A DNA stretch of 64,000 bases from a virus. Its lineage: Duplodnaviria; Heunggongvirae; Uroviricota; Caudoviricetes. Below are positions 39,747-50,422 of this stretch, one piece after another. The position numbers and the translations under genes were made by a program. The DNA lies in the IMG/VR virus record IMGVR_UViG_2851938318_000001, one strand, 5' to 3'. How positions within the stretch are numbered: position 1 is the first letter of the stretch; every line of letters starts with the position of its first letter. The notes under the pieces are model-generated. The model was not told the origin of the DNA, did no database searches, and saw only the letters and a program-made list of their open reading frames with translations.

Positions 39747-41432
39747 TCATTTAACGCGTTTGAAAACGTATACGCTGACTGTGATCCCGGTATCTTCAAA
39801 CTCGTTGGTAAACGACTTCCCTCTGGCATAAACGTAATTATCCATCGTCATCCAGTCCAGTATTGGCGCAGTGCCCGGCAATACTGCTACAAGACGCCCT
39901 CCGACTTTCAGATGCCCCAGCGCAGCAAGCGTGTGTTCTCTATGACGACCAAGCGAGTACGGCGGGTTCATAACGATTTTGTCGAACTGATAACCTGCGT
40001 TGTCCTCAGACCACTTTATGAAGTCGCAGCAAATCGTGTTCGTATACCCTTTTCCACGCAGGATATCAGCGAAGAGAGGTGCGATTTCTATGCAAGTAAC
40101 ATCTTCCAGATCGGCGTTAATATAGGCCAGAAGATCCCCACGTCCGGCTTGAGGCTCCAACAGCTTCTCACCAGGCTTCAATTCAGTGGCTCTGGCAACG
40201 TACTCAGCAATCAAGCGTGGGGTAGGGTAGAACTGGTGTGATTTTGTATCCGGTATTAAACCGGTAGCCACAATCGTATTTAGCGTATGGCCGATGTCAT
40301 ACGGGAACTGCCAGTGCTTTTTCTCCTGCACGCCGCCAATGAAGCTCAGTGTGCGCTCAAGCTCTTCCACCTGCGACTTCTGGAGAGCTGAATCAGAGAA
40401 GTACCATACGCCTTTGTCTTTGCTTAATCGCCCGTCACGAAGCGCAGTGCGAACCGGCACGGAGATCGTCTTCTGGATTAACCCGAACTGCTTTGGTGCC
40501 CGTGTTTTTGGCGCGGTGCGACATGGCGCGGGGATTGCAGCAGGCATACTGTAAGCCAGCACCTCATTCAACTTCCAGGCCACGTCAGGATGTATTTCAA
40601 AGTGAACGTTGCCGTTCTTGAACATCTTCACGCGCATTAGATTTCCATCGACGTTCATCCAGTCACCGGTCTGGCAGTCGTTTGCCCGATACGCAGCTGA
40701 TAGCACCTCAGCAGTGCGGTTGATGGTAATAAATTCTTTGTGCGCGAAGAAATGAAGCAAGACACGCAGATCGTCGATATAGTCCTCTTTGCGATAGTTC
40801 ACACTAACGCTGTCCCGCCAGAAATCAGAAATGCAGTCAGCGATTATCAGACGTTCGCTGAAACCGTTTGTCTTATTTGTCTTGTGCGCAGGACTCAGCG
40901 CCTTAAACAAGCCATACACGCGCTCAGAGAGATATTTGTGCCTGTCATTCAGCAAATTAAGCATCGTGGGTATGACCGTTTCTGCTTTGAACTCCGGTAC
41001 ACCAACGAACTCTTTAACCTTCATCTGGTAGCCGGTTCTGTCAGTTTTGATGACTTCCTGTTTGCCCTCTATAAACTGCTCGCGCCACTCATCTCGACGG
41101 GAAGCAGGCATGATCAGCAAAACGTTAGTCATGTCCGTGACCTTCCTCCAGTACTCGGCCCAAATATTCTGTTTCACCCATTCCAGATCGACTTTATCCA
41201 ACCAACCTCGATTTAAACGCGAGCGATCTTCATCTGGTCGATGGTTTAGTCTCAGCAGGCGATTAATCATGTTGTGGCGTTCGTCGCCATAAACGAAGTC
41301 GTGTACCTGATACATGAAGGCGATCTCTTTCTCGCACTCGGCCACAATTTCGTGGATGACGTTCATTTCCTGCCGATAGTCGATAGCAGTGTTTGAGTTG
41401 GCATCGTCGATGATGGAAAGGGCTGTATTCAT
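39747..41432 (-). CDS. DNA N6-adenine methyltransferase with large N-terminal domain
   Basis: motif I LEPQAGRGDLL followed by motif IV NPPYS near C-terminus. Confidence 0.6.
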   Translation of the reverse strand: MNTALSIIDDANSNTAIDYRQEMNVIHEIVAECEKEIAFMYQVHDFVYGDERHNMINRLLRLNHRPDEDRSRLNRGWLDKVDLEWVKQNIWAEYWRKVTDMTNVLLIMPASRRDEWREQFIEGKQEVIKTDRTGYQMKVKEFVGVPEFKAETVIPTMLNLLNDRHKYLSERVYGLFKALSPAHKTNKTNGFSERLIIADCISDFWRDSVSVNYRKEDYIDDLRVLLHFFAHKEFITINRTAEVLSAAYRANDCQTGDWMNVDGNLMRVKMFKNGNVHFEIHPDVAWKLNEVLAYSMPAAIPAPCRTAPKTRAPKQFGLIQKTISVPVRTALRDGRLSKDKGVWYFSDSALQKSQVEELERTLSFIGGVQEKKHWQFPYDIGHTLNTIVATGLIPDTKSHQFYPTPRLIAEYVARATELKPGEKLLEPQAGRGDLLAYINADLEDVTCIEIAPLFADILRGKGYTNTICCDFIKWSEDNAGYQFDKIVMNPPYSLGRHREHTLAALGHLKVGGRLVAVLPGTAPILDWMTMDNYVYARGKSFTNEFEDTGITVSVYVFKRVK

Positions 41433-41535
41433 AATTGCACCATTAAGAAGTGATTTGTTTAATGGTGCAATTATTTCAAAAATGAAAAGGTACTAAATAG
41501 AAATAAACAGGCAATCCTTCAAATAAAGGCATTGG

Positions 41536-42434
41536 CTAATCATACTTGGAGGTATTTATCACCAGAATTTTGTTTGTATAAATCTTCTTAATATCCCATG
41601 TGACATTACCGGAATACCATTGACCGTTATATACTTGGTTTCCAGTTGCACCTGTCATTGTTACATAGACAGGTCTGTCGTAATCGGTTCGTCTATAGTT
41701 ATATACCCCAACCATAGCAGGCATTACCGCACATGGATACCCCATATCTATTGTAAATTGAGGGTCAGAAATAGTGATAAGTTTCGCATCAAGGGGCATC
41801 ATCTCACCGTGATACACCATTGCGCCTGCGCTGTTATACATGGCAATGCCATAGCCAGAATGTGGTAACACCATATCAGAAAAAGCATAAACTGTTATTG
41901 TTCCGGGGCTACCATTTACCTGATGCAATCTGAGAGCATTGTATCCGTTACTATGCTCATGAATAAACATCATGTTCGCCTTATTACTGCTTTTTATGAA
42001 GAAAAAGCATGATTTGTTTGATGGAATTGATGTTTGAAAAACAGAACCTTTAGATGTAGACATTGTCCCTTTATTAATCAGATTTTGCGGAGTAAATTCT
42101 GGACTCATCCACAAACTTCCATCTGATTGTGTAATTGACATCCCGAACATAATTATCCCCAGTATGTGTATATGTAAGAACCAAGCCCCGTATATAAATT
42201 TGACCAACTAACCGTATTTCCATTAATAGTAACTGTTGGAACAGGTAAATTAATGTAGTTGTCGTTGTTAAGAGGCATCAATGACCACACGGCATGTAGC
42301 GATTTACCCGGTGGCGGATTGGAGTACGTCTTAGAGCCTGATGACGCAGTAAATCGATCAAGAAAAAAAATAGGAGTAAGGAAGCCAGTAACGTTAATTC
42401 CTTTATTGTTGTAAATCCCTGTACCGTATGCCAT
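41536..42434 (-). pseudogene. low-GC Tyr/Asn/Gly-rich gene, apparently frameshifted or two overlapping ORFs
   Basis: ORFs 42153..42434 and 41536..42207 overlap in different frames; markedly AT-rich. Confidence 0.3.
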
Positions 42435-42489
42435 TTTTCATCCTTGTTTTTTATCAACACAATATGGCCGATCATGCGGCCATATCAGA

Positions 42490-43059
42490 TCAATTAGAGC
42501 TTTGAAAGGCTTTGTGTGGCTGTGTTGCGAGGTTATGTCGATGGCTTAACTCACGCATCATGTCTTCAAGCCGACTCTTTGTGTCGTCGAGTTGGTCGGC
42601 CATTGCTCCCAAAAGCTGACGAACGGCCATCGGATCATCGCTGTTTAGTGATGGCATTTTATAACCCGCCTGAGAAGACATAAGATTGAACGCAGACATC
42701 AACATCGTTAGAGAGGATTTAAGCCCAGCAATTTCACGATCTTTGCTGGCAATAATCGCCTCACTCTTGTTAGTGTCATCAGTTCGTTGAGTCTCGCTCA
42801 CCATATCCAAAGTCGCCTGCAACTTATCAGCGCGCTCTTTTTCAGCAAGATAATGAACACCGAAATGATGTGCTAAAGCTACAACCTGAGTTGGCTCTTC
42901 AAAGGTGGACTCAAAATTAAGTGCTGTAACCACTCTCTCAAATATGGAAACGTCTTCTATTCCTCGAAGAATGGCTAACATTTTGACCAGTTCATTAGCA
43001 TCCATTTCTTCGAATAAGGCGTTTTGTTCATCAGCTATCGCTTTGCATTTCTTGCACAT
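42490..43059 (-). CDS. hypothetical early protein
   Basis: 189 aa ORF directly downstream of promoter unit. Confidence 0.45.
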   Translation of the reverse strand: MCKKCKAIADEQNALFEEMDANELVKMLAILRGIEDVSIFERVVTALNFESTFEEPTQVVALAHHFGVHYLAEKERADKLQATLDMVSETQRTDDTNKSEAIIASKDREIAGLKSSLTMLMSAFNLMSSQAGYKMPSLNSDDPMAVRQLLGAMADQLDDTKSRLEDMMRELSHRHNLATQPHKAFQSSN

Positions 43060-43077
43060 GTGTTTTTCCTAATGCTT

Positions 43078-43112
43078 AAACAAGTTGTTTTCTTATTGGC
43101 TTTATTGTGATG
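43078..43112 (-). promoter_or_regulatory. conserved early promoter/operator unit
   Basis: aaacaagttgttttcttattggctttattgtgatg. Confidence 0.5.
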
Positions 43113-43356
43113 TGGCATAAAAGGGGAGCAAGCTAAACGTAAAGGTGCAAACTCTCTATTTCGGTCAACGAAACACAAGGGCCATTTGGCCCTTGTCATT
43201 AACACGTTGCTTTACGGACTAGCGGATAAGCGAAGTAGATCGCCAGACCAATGAGGACGCCATCAGAAATGACAGACATCATCTTTCCCGTAAAATCCAC
43301 CAACACCGCCATCACCAGAAGAGCAATGACGGTCACAAGCCGGAATCTCTCAAGCA

Positions 43357-43782
43357 TTAGAGATAAGCATCCAGTGACAACTGAAGCGCCTGTGCGATCT
43401 TTTTCAGTGCCAGCTCTTCTTGTTCGCCAATACCGTCTTGGTCGGCAATATCAAGGCACAGACACAGTACATCTACTGCATCATTAGTCCCGGCCACATC
43501 AGCCAGCTCACGTAAAGCCTGGGCATTAGCGCGGCGCGGTGAGGCTTCGTATTGAGCACGGATATTGGCGCTCATTTGGGCAATCTCACCAGCAAACGGA
43601 GAAAACGCAGGCAGAGCTGCAATTGTTTTCTCAAGAATGGAAATTTCCTTTGCGTCGCATGTGCCATCGGCATAGGAGATCATGTACGCGCCCCACACGG
43701 TGGCTTCAACCGCATCTCGGTTCTCCATTTTTTTGACCTCGATAACAGCTTTACGAGTTTTCTTTTTGAATAAACCTAACAT
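43357..43782 (-). CDS. TerB-like domain protein (putative)
   Basis: two ADG/QDG-x-D/E segments (YADGTCDAKEISILEK, DQDGIGEQEELALKKI) resembling TerB metal-binding motifs. Confidence 0.35.
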   Translation of the reverse strand: MLGLFKKKTRKAVIEVKKMENRDAVEATVWGAYMISYADGTCDAKEISILEKTIAALPAFSPFAGEIAQMSANIRAQYEASPRRANAQALRELADVAGTNDAVDVLCLCLDIADQDGIGEQEELALKKIAQALQLSLDAYL

Positions 43783-43805
43783 GTGCTTTCCTTTTGTTAT
43801 TTGTT

Positions 43806-43828
43806 AAAACAAGTTGTTTTCTAGTTAC
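43806..43828 (-). promoter_or_regulatory. conserved early promoter/operator unit (core palindrome)
   Basis: aaaacaagttgttttctagttac. Confidence 0.45.
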
Positions 43829-43875
43829 ATGAATTGCTTACGAAAAGACGGTCAATGCATATGCACTAACAACCG

Positions 43876-44073
43876 TCAGAAATAACCAAGTACCGAACCG
43901 ACTGGAAAAACAAAAATCCCAACAACACGAGCCAAGGTCATACCAGCCTGAAACTGGAGATCACCAGAGCAAACGAGTTTTACAATGTTCGATACCCAAC
44001 CGGCGGCCATGAGAGCTATGAAAGCCAGAATCGCCAGCCAAGTTTTTCCAAAGTGATTTGAAAACCAGTTCAT
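43876..44073 (-). CDS. small membrane protein (2 TM)
   Basis: 65 aa with two hydrophobic helices. Confidence 0.4.
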   Translation of the reverse strand: MNWFSNHFGKTWLAILAFIALMAAGWVSNIVKLVCSGDLQFQAGMTLARVVGIFVFPVGSVLGYF

Positions 44074-44321
44074 ACAACCGCCTTAGTCACAGCATGATCC
44101 TGAGTAACTGGATGAACTTGAGGTATCGCATCCACCGTCATCCCATCCAGAGTGACAGGACGCTCTACTGGAGTGGTGGTAATTGTCGTCGACGGAGGTG
44201 TGGTGATGGATGAACCCGGCATCAAAAGGCTCTGGCCGGCTGGAACGGCTACCGTCGCCAGTGAAACTATAATGAGAACGTAGGCCATTGGTTTCAGCCT
44301 CTTTCTTTGAAAATTTTCCAT
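44070..44321 (-). CDS. small membrane-anchored protein
   Basis: 83 aa, N-terminal TM helix then Thr/Pro-rich segment. Confidence 0.4.
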   Translation of the reverse strand: MENFQRKRLKPMAYVLIIVSLATVAVPAGQSLLMPGSSITTPPSTTITTTPVERPVTLDGMTVDAIPQVHPVTQDHAVTKAVV

Positions 44322-44722
44322 TCGAACTGTCCTTGTTGTTTTTCTCCTTCACTAAAGGCCGTGTACTTTTCGCTTCGCGTGAAGAACCAGAGGTAACAAT
44401 CGCCCCCACGTTCGCAACAACTGACGCTTGCTTATCTAAACGTTCATTCAGCAACCGAACGGCAGTCTCTAGTTCATCAAGACGTGACAGAACACGACCG
44501 CTAAATAATTCGGCCAAAATTTGACGTAGTGAACGAGGACGTTTAGTTGCAGAAGTGAAATAGGTTTGACGTGCCATGTGGACTCCATCCAGTGTCAGAA
44601 AGAGTTGCGGCTGGCGATTGCCAGCCGCCTTTCTCGTTCCATCCTGGAACTGTGTCTTACCGACACATTGTCATCCTGACGCCGATAAGATACATGATTT
44701 AAAATGATAGGTAAACACTTAC

Positions 44723-45370
44723 TTACTGCTTGTTGTAAACAAAACCAATATCTTTCTTGTGAGGCATATCTGCTGCGGAAAAAGCTGCGATCTTCGCGAG
44801 TCGATCACATATTTCATTTTCACGATGCCCGGCGTGACCTTTAACCCACTTCCAGCGAACATTATGTCGACTTGCAGCCTCATCCAGACGCTTCCACAGA
44901 TCAACATTCTTTACCGGTTTTTTGTCAGAAGTCACCCATCCATTGCGTTTCCACCATTTCATCCACTGTGTCATGCCGTTTTTCAGATACTGGCTATCAG
45001 AGTGCAAAATAACGTTGCATGGATATTTCAAACGCTCCAGCCCGATAAGTGCCCCCATCATCTCCATGCGGTTATTGGTGGTGCTATGAAAACCATCTGA
45101 GAACTCGCGTTCCTCACCACGATACTGGAGAACTATACCGTAACCGCCCGGGCCACCCGGATTTTTAAGGCAAGAGCCATCACTGAAGATTTTCACGGTT
45201 TTAAGCTGGGGATTGAACTCTACGACAGGCGTTGTGGAATTGGTGCGGGGAGAATTTTTGTTTTTGGCTTTTTTGCGAGTTTTTTCTTGCGATCGGGCTG
45301 GTGTCTTCGTCGTCATATAAACTCCTGAATCAAGCGCCGCGCCGATTTTTTTCCTCGCGCGTGCGCACAC
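44723..45370 (-). CDS. rnhA: ribonuclease HI with basic N-terminal extension
   Basis: near-colinear with E. coli RNase HI ([38 protein letters not shown]). Confidence 0.85.
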   Translation of the reverse strand: MCARARKKIGAALDSGVYMTTKTPARSQEKTRKKAKNKNSPRTNSTTPVVEFNPQLKTVKIFSDGSCLKNPGGPGGYGIVLQYRGEEREFSDGFHSTTNNRMEMMGALIGLERLKYPCNVILHSDSQYLKNGMTQWMKWWKRNGWVTSDKKPVKNVDLWKRLDEAASRHNVRWKWVKGHAGHRENEICDRLAKIAAFSAADMPHKKDIGFVYNKQ

Positions 45371-45900
45371 GCGTGCGTGTTAATAATTATTAAAATAAAC
45401 AAATTACTTCCCAGAACAGGTTTTTATAAACCTGAACTGAACGAACGAAGTGAGTGAAGTTCACCTCGAACGAAGTGAGAGGTTGTCTTTTCAGGTAATA
45501 TTCTCCCAGGGAGGTGAGTATAAAAATCCCTCACCAACCTGGTCGTTTCATAACCTGAAAAGTTATGGCCTAAGTCTACTGCCAGCTTAGACTTGGGAAG
45601 TTATGGATGACAGCACCCCAGAACCGAGATCTTCCCACACTTTATGAAGGGGAGTACTGGATTCAACCTCTCGAAACACCCCAGACTCGACAATCATAAA
45701 GTGACCCTTGTCTCCGCTCACTTTGGTTCCCCCTTACCCGACACCTAAACGGCACCGGTTCTACGCTGGTAGTGAGCTTTTTTAAACCTGACGCCAGTGA
45801 CGCTTACCCCCACCCATCAGGTCGAGTCTCCAGTCTACGACTGGAAACTATCAGATCTTAGCACTTACAATTCATTTTATGAATAGTTTGTACTTATCTA

Positions 45901-46155
45901 TCATTTCGATTGATTATTTTCTCGACCATGTAGTTGAACATTCAAGGCAAACACCTCGTTGATCAACTCACCTAAAAGCTGTTCAACAAGTTCGCGATGC
46001 TCCCCAAGATGCAAGCACTTAATTGCCCATTCGTACAAGTTGAAAGCCTGCTCGCGGTCTTTCATCATTTCACGGGCCTGGGCCAGAAAATCGCTCTCTA
46101 CGAGCGCAACGACATTAGTCGGGTATGACATGTTAGTTTCCTTAAAGTGATTCAT
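45901..46155 (-). CDS. hypothetical small protein
   Basis: 84 aa ORF. Confidence 0.35.
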   Translation of the reverse strand: MNHFKETNMSYPTNVVALVESDFLAQAREMMKDREQAFNLYEWAIKCLHLGEHRELVEQLLGELINEVFALNVQLHGRENNQSK

Positions 46156-46316
46156 AAAATCGATTTTAAAGCGTCTGGGAAGGGGTTCTAGTGGATTCTG
46201 TAGTGATGTTCAGGTCTGGAGTCTCTGATACAAAACAGCCTGCTTCCGTATATTAATAATTAATATGTAGTTATTTATATATACAGAAGCAGGCTAATTA
46301 CAGACGCCAGAACAAA

Positions 46317-46910
46317 CTAAGCAGCCTTCTTTGATGGTCTTTTTTTCCTGATCACATTCGCAGGATCATACCCTCCCAGACTTTTCATGACGTCCAAAGG
46401 GATCTTGCTTATAGAGTGCCCAGCGTCCTGACAGAATCCTCGAAAAACAACGAGCATACTGCCACCTGGGTTGATGTTTACTTCTACCTGACCCAGATTG
46501 ACGTCAGGCTCGACAAACGCTACGCGGCCACCAGACAGAATAATCGTCTCATTCGCACACTCTGTTGCACGCTCATACCACTTTGTATCTAGGGATTGAG
46601 GAATTAGCATCACTGTTGTAACTCCGCGAGCCTGCTCACGTATAGCCGCATCAATCCAGGGGGAGATTTTGGAGTAGGGTGGATTGAGGAAGGCAATTGT
46701 ACCTGGCTGTCCCCATTCAGATTTCAAAGCATCACGCTCAACGCCTATGAAATTAGGCAGCTTTGCATTGTCCTTGTTGCAGGCAACGTCAACATCAAAT
46801 GTCACTCCAAGATAACGTTGAATGGCAGAAAACAGCCAGTCAGGTGTTCTCCAGAGGTCACGAAGAGAGTTGTCGCGCTTTCGCTGTTTGATTTTTTCGG
46901 CTGCAATCAT
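46317..46910 (-). CDS. phage Dam-type DNA N6-adenine methyltransferase
   Basis: FLNPPYS motif, about 200 aa. Confidence 0.7.
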   Translation of the reverse strand: MIAAEKIKQRKRDNSLRDLWRTPDWLFSAIQRYLGVTFDVDVACNKDNAKLPNFIGVERDALKSEWGQPGTIAFLNPPYSKISPWIDAAIREQARGVTTVMLIPQSLDTKWYERATECANETIILSGGRVAFVEPDVNLGQVEVNINPGGSMLVVFRGFCQDAGHSISKIPLDVMKSLGGYDPANVIRKKRPSKKAA

Positions 46911-47093
46911 CTTCTTTCTCGATAGGTAAGTAAATACCTATTTTTGCATTTGATTTTATGTCTGGCAATCAAATAAAACGCGCCAGAAATGCAAACGAGA
47001 AGCTCTCTGGCGCGTTTTTGTGGTGCTGGGTATGTGATTGGCTTACCCAGCACTATAAAGCTCTCTATGGGCTTTATTTTCAGTAGGGGAACG

Positions 47094-47903
47094 TCATCCA
47101 ATAGTGTACTCCGCGACAAACTTCTTAACGATCGGTGATTCTTCGTTCAATGTTAGATTTCCACCGCCTCTAACGGCAATTCCTGTCGCTGGAAATACAG
47201 CCATCATTTGCCCAGCCTGAGTTGACGCAGTGTTAAGCGGATACGGTTTTTCTGGATTGCTCATTAAAGCAATCTTAATACTATTACTTGTAGCCTTCTT
47301 TTCTGTGAGAAGGTGTCTCATGGAAATTACCGTGTAAACACTAATATCTGGACCTCCGCTAAACCAATTAAGAAGGTTTAATATCTTATCCTTTGCTTTG
47401 ACAGGCGCGTTATCGTAAGCGTCTAAGAAAATATCTTTTTCTAAGCCCGCTTTATTGAAAAACGAATCATCTTTATCACTTAAAGTAAAACGAGGACCTC
47501 TTGCAGTACGAGCTTTTTTATTTGTATTGCTATCATTTGACTGTTGAACTTTTAATTCATCATTAACCTCAACACACTCTTCAACCTCAATAAATCCCAA
47601 TTGTTCTGGCTCGTTTTCGGCAGCTTCAACACTTTCAGCGTTAATTACGTTTATAGGCTCATGCGCTAACTCCAACTCATTTAAAGCAGAGCTGAAATCA
47701 CCTGCTTTTTCTTCATTGAACAGTTCTTCGGCAACATCATCAGAACTCATGGCTACGCCAGCATCTAGGCCGAGCAGCAGATCGTCAATATCATCAGTAT
47801 TTTCAACCTGTGCAGCTTTTTTTACTGGTTCATCAAGTGATTGCAACATGGCTGTCAGCTCGTCCAGATCATCATTTGTCATTACATTTTCAACCGAACT
47901 CAT
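47094..47903 (-). CDS. hypothetical protein with highly acidic N-terminal half
   Basis: 269 aa; N-terminal 120 aa rich in D/E. Confidence 0.4.
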   Translation of the reverse strand: MSSVENVMTNDDLDELTAMLQSLDEPVKKAAQVENTDDIDDLLLGLDAGVAMSSDDVAEELFNEEKAGDFSSALNELELAHEPINVINAESVEAAENEPEQLGFIEVEECVEVNDELKVQQSNDSNTNKKARTARGPRFTLSDKDDSFFNKAGLEKDIFLDAYDNAPVKAKDKILNLLNWFSGGPDISVYTVISMRHLLTEKKATSNSIKIALMSNPEKPYPLNTASTQAGQMMAVFPATGIAVRGGGNLTLNEESPIVKKFVAEYTIG

Positions 47904-48023
47904 GTAAGTCTCCTTCTGTTTGGTTACATTTGCGTTTCGATGGCTACATTTTGACTAAACCTATCAGGCGGAAAAGTATTAAATACAGGCAGGAAATGAT
48001 TGAAAGGCGACTGTTCTTTAAAA

Positions 48024-48060
48024 GAAAGCCTACTTTAAACTTTTTAAAGTAGGCTTTTGT
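48024..48060. terminator. bidirectional hairpin terminator
   Basis: aaagcctactttaaa-c-tttaaagtaggcttt with flanking A/T runs. Confidence 0.6.
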
Positions 48061-48625
48061 TTTACACAATTTCAGAGGGTAATTTAAAAAATCCGTACTT
48101 ATTACGTGCCTTAAAGAAGCATTGCATCATTAAGTTTGTGTCATATAAGGCACTATGTGCTTTGGCATGATCGTATATAAAGCCAAGAGAGAAGGCCAAC
48201 TCTTCAAGGCGGGGACGTTTACCGTCTTCTGTGGCCCACAATCCCGATAACATAGTATCTATAACAGGAACTTCTGGCAGTCTTACTCCATACCCTGAAA
48301 ACTCGTGTCGAATAAATGGTATATCAAATGCTTCGCCGTTATGAGCAACCCACACACTACATGCCCCCATATAAGCGCCAATTTCGCTGGCATGATTTGA
48401 CAACAAAGGTTCAGCTGCGAGCTGTTCCAATGAAATGCCATGAACGGCTTGAGCTTTCGGATCTATGTTTCTGCGAGGGTTAAAACGCATCTCCAGACTA
48501 TCAATATGTCTCTGTGTCTCCAGTTCATAGCGGGTAATTGCGATTTCAATAATTTTATGACCAGCAAGGAAATCCAGTCCCGTTGAACCGCCCCGGGTTT
48601 CCTGGAGAGTGTTTTATCTGTGAAC

Positions 48626-49516
48626 TCAGGCTGCCAGATCATCGTTTCCGATGGAAGCATAATAAGCTTTTTCTGCTTCTGCCGGAGGAGTATGGCCCAG
48701 CCTTCCCAGCAATCGTCGATTGTTATACCAGTCCACCCACGTTAGTGTGGCCAGTTCCACTTCTGCACGGTTTTTCCAGCTCTTACGGTGTATTACCTCC
48801 GCTTTGTAAAGACCATTGATGCTCTCAGCCATCGCGTTGTCATACGAGTCGCCTGTACTCCCTGTTGATGCCAGTAATCCGGCTTCTTTTAGTCGCTCCG
48901 TATAGGCCAGTGACACATACTGAGAGCCTTTATCGCTGTGATGGATGGTGCCAGACGGACGACGGGCCCACAACGCCTGCTCCAGCGCATCCAGCACGAA
49001 TGTCGTTTCCATAGACGATGAGACCCGCCACCCCACGATGTATCCGGCAAACACATCAATGATAAACGCCACATAGACGAAGCCCTGCCATGTGCTGACG
49101 TAAGTAAAATCAGCCACCCACAGCTGGTCAGGTCGTTCTGCCACGAACTGACGGTTTACGCGGTCGCCTGCGGCAACGGCTTTCCGGCTGATGGTCGTAC
49201 GGACCTTTTTACCCCGGAGAACACCGGCAAGTCCCATAACCGCCATGAGACGTGCCACTGTACATCTGGCCACCCTGATTCCTTCCCGTAACAACTGACG
49301 CCAGACTTTACGCACACCGTACACCTGATGATTTTCATCGTATACGCGCTGTATCTCTCTCTTCAGCCAGTCGTCGTGCTGCGCACGGGCACTGCGTTTA
49401 TCCGGATGATGTCGCTGTTGCTGACAATGGTAATACGTTGACGGGGCAATATGCAGTTCGCTGCATACCGGTCCGACCCCGTACTGCTCACGCAGCTTAT
49501 CCAGCAGTGGCATCAT
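48626..49516 (-). CDS. IS629-type transposase OrfB (DDE)
   Basis: overlaps orfA in -1 frame; DDE integrase-like sequence. Confidence 0.85.
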   Translation of the reverse strand: MMPLLDKLREQYGVGPVCSELHIAPSTYYHCQQQRHHPDKRSARAQHDDWLKREIQRVYDENHQVYGVRKVWRQLLREGIRVARCTVARLMAVMGLAGVLRGKKVRTTISRKAVAAGDRVNRQFVAERPDQLWVADFTYVSTWQGFVYVAFIIDVFAGYIVGWRVSSSMETTFVLDALEQALWARRPSGTIHHSDKGSQYVSLAYTERLKEAGLLASTGSTGDSYDNAMAESINGLYKAEVIHRKSWKNRAEVELATLTWVDWYNNRRLLGRLGHTPPAEAEKAYYASIGNDDLAA

Positions 49517-49839
49517 TTTTTCCAGAGGCGGTCGAACTCCGCCTTCGCAAAATAAGCGGAAGCCTGGCGAAGGATATCGTTACTGCGGCGCAGTTCACGA
49601 TTTTCACGTTCCAGCTCTTTCAGACGCTGACGTTCAGCGCTGGTGAGCCCACCATCACCGCCCCCGGTATCCCGCTCATGCTGGCGAACCCAGACACGCA
49701 GAGTCTCCGGCGTACAGCCAATCTTTGGGGCAATGGAACAAATTGCCGCCCACTGTGAGTCATATTCATCCTGACTTTCCAGAACCATACGAATCGCCCG
49801 CTGACGGACTTCGGGGGAAAAACGAGTATTTTTAGTCAT
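49513..49839 (-). CDS. IS629-type transposase OrfA
   Basis: [31 protein letters not shown]... recognised as IS629/IS3411 OrfA. Confidence 0.9.
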   Translation of the reverse strand: MTKNTRFSPEVRQRAIRMVLESQDEYDSQWAAICSIAPKIGCTPETLRVWVRQHERDTGGGDGGLTSAERQRLKELERENRELRRSNDILRQASAYFAKAEFDRLWKK

Positions 49840-49941
49840 CCTGTTTACCTCTTTCTCAGGGAGTTTAGTCTCCAGGATTTCCGGGGCGGTTCACGTAGAC
49901 TCGATATCGATGCCTGCAACAATCGTTGTCATCAGAACTCC

Positions 49942-50361
49942 TTACAACTTCTTAGCGCCCTTAAGTAGTGCGCTACGTACAAATTGAGCCGCTTTTTTCA
50001 AAGTTTCTTCACTGGTTTCACAGACAATCGGATCTTTCCACTTACCTGACACAGTGTTGAGAATATTGATTTGGTTGCTATCCAGACAAACAGAGATATA
50101 AAGCACCGTGCCACCAGCCAGCATCAAATGCATAGGAAACAGAGGCTTTTTACTGCCTTCACTGAACTGAGACATGGCGATGTTAATGGCTTCACCCACT
50201 TGTGTACCAACAAGCCCCTGCGCAGTTTCGAATATGGCACGAATAGCCAGACGAGCCTCTCGATCGCTCATAAGCGACCGGGAATGTTCGTCCGCTACAC
50301 GAATCAAAGCCTCTGTTGTTTTCCGATCCAGTTCATCTTCAAGCAACATTTCACTAAACAT
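49942..50361 (-). CDS. hypothetical protein
   Basis: 139 aa ORF ending 10 bp before exonuclease start. Confidence 0.4.
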   Translation of the reverse strand: MFSEMLLEDELDRKTTEALIRVADEHSRSLMSDREARLAIRAIFETAQGLVGTQVGEAINIAMSQFSEGSKKPLFPMHLMLAGGTVLYISVCLDSNQINILNTVSGKWKDPIVCETSEETLKKAAQFVRSALLKGAKKL

Positions 50362-50422
50362 TTTTTATCCTTAACCAATTTTGAGAGTTTTATTGTCGCA
50401 ATGTCGAAGAGGCGAACAATTT

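Larger units (their letters stand above)
48584..49893 (-). mobile_element. IS3-family insertion sequence, IS629/IS3411-like, complete (1310 bp)
   Basis: terminal inverted repeats TGAACCGCCCCGG...; orfA and orfB; flanking 3-bp direct repeat CGT (48581-48583, 49894-49896). Confidence 0.9.
48062..49932 (-). pseudogene. DEDDh (DnaQ-like) 3'-5' exonuclease gene disrupted by IS insertion
   Basis: N-terminal MTTIVAGIDIEST (Exo I) at 49932-49894; remainder GLDFLAGHKII... resumes at 48580 after the IS; Exo II/III motifs downstream. Confidence 0.8.
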
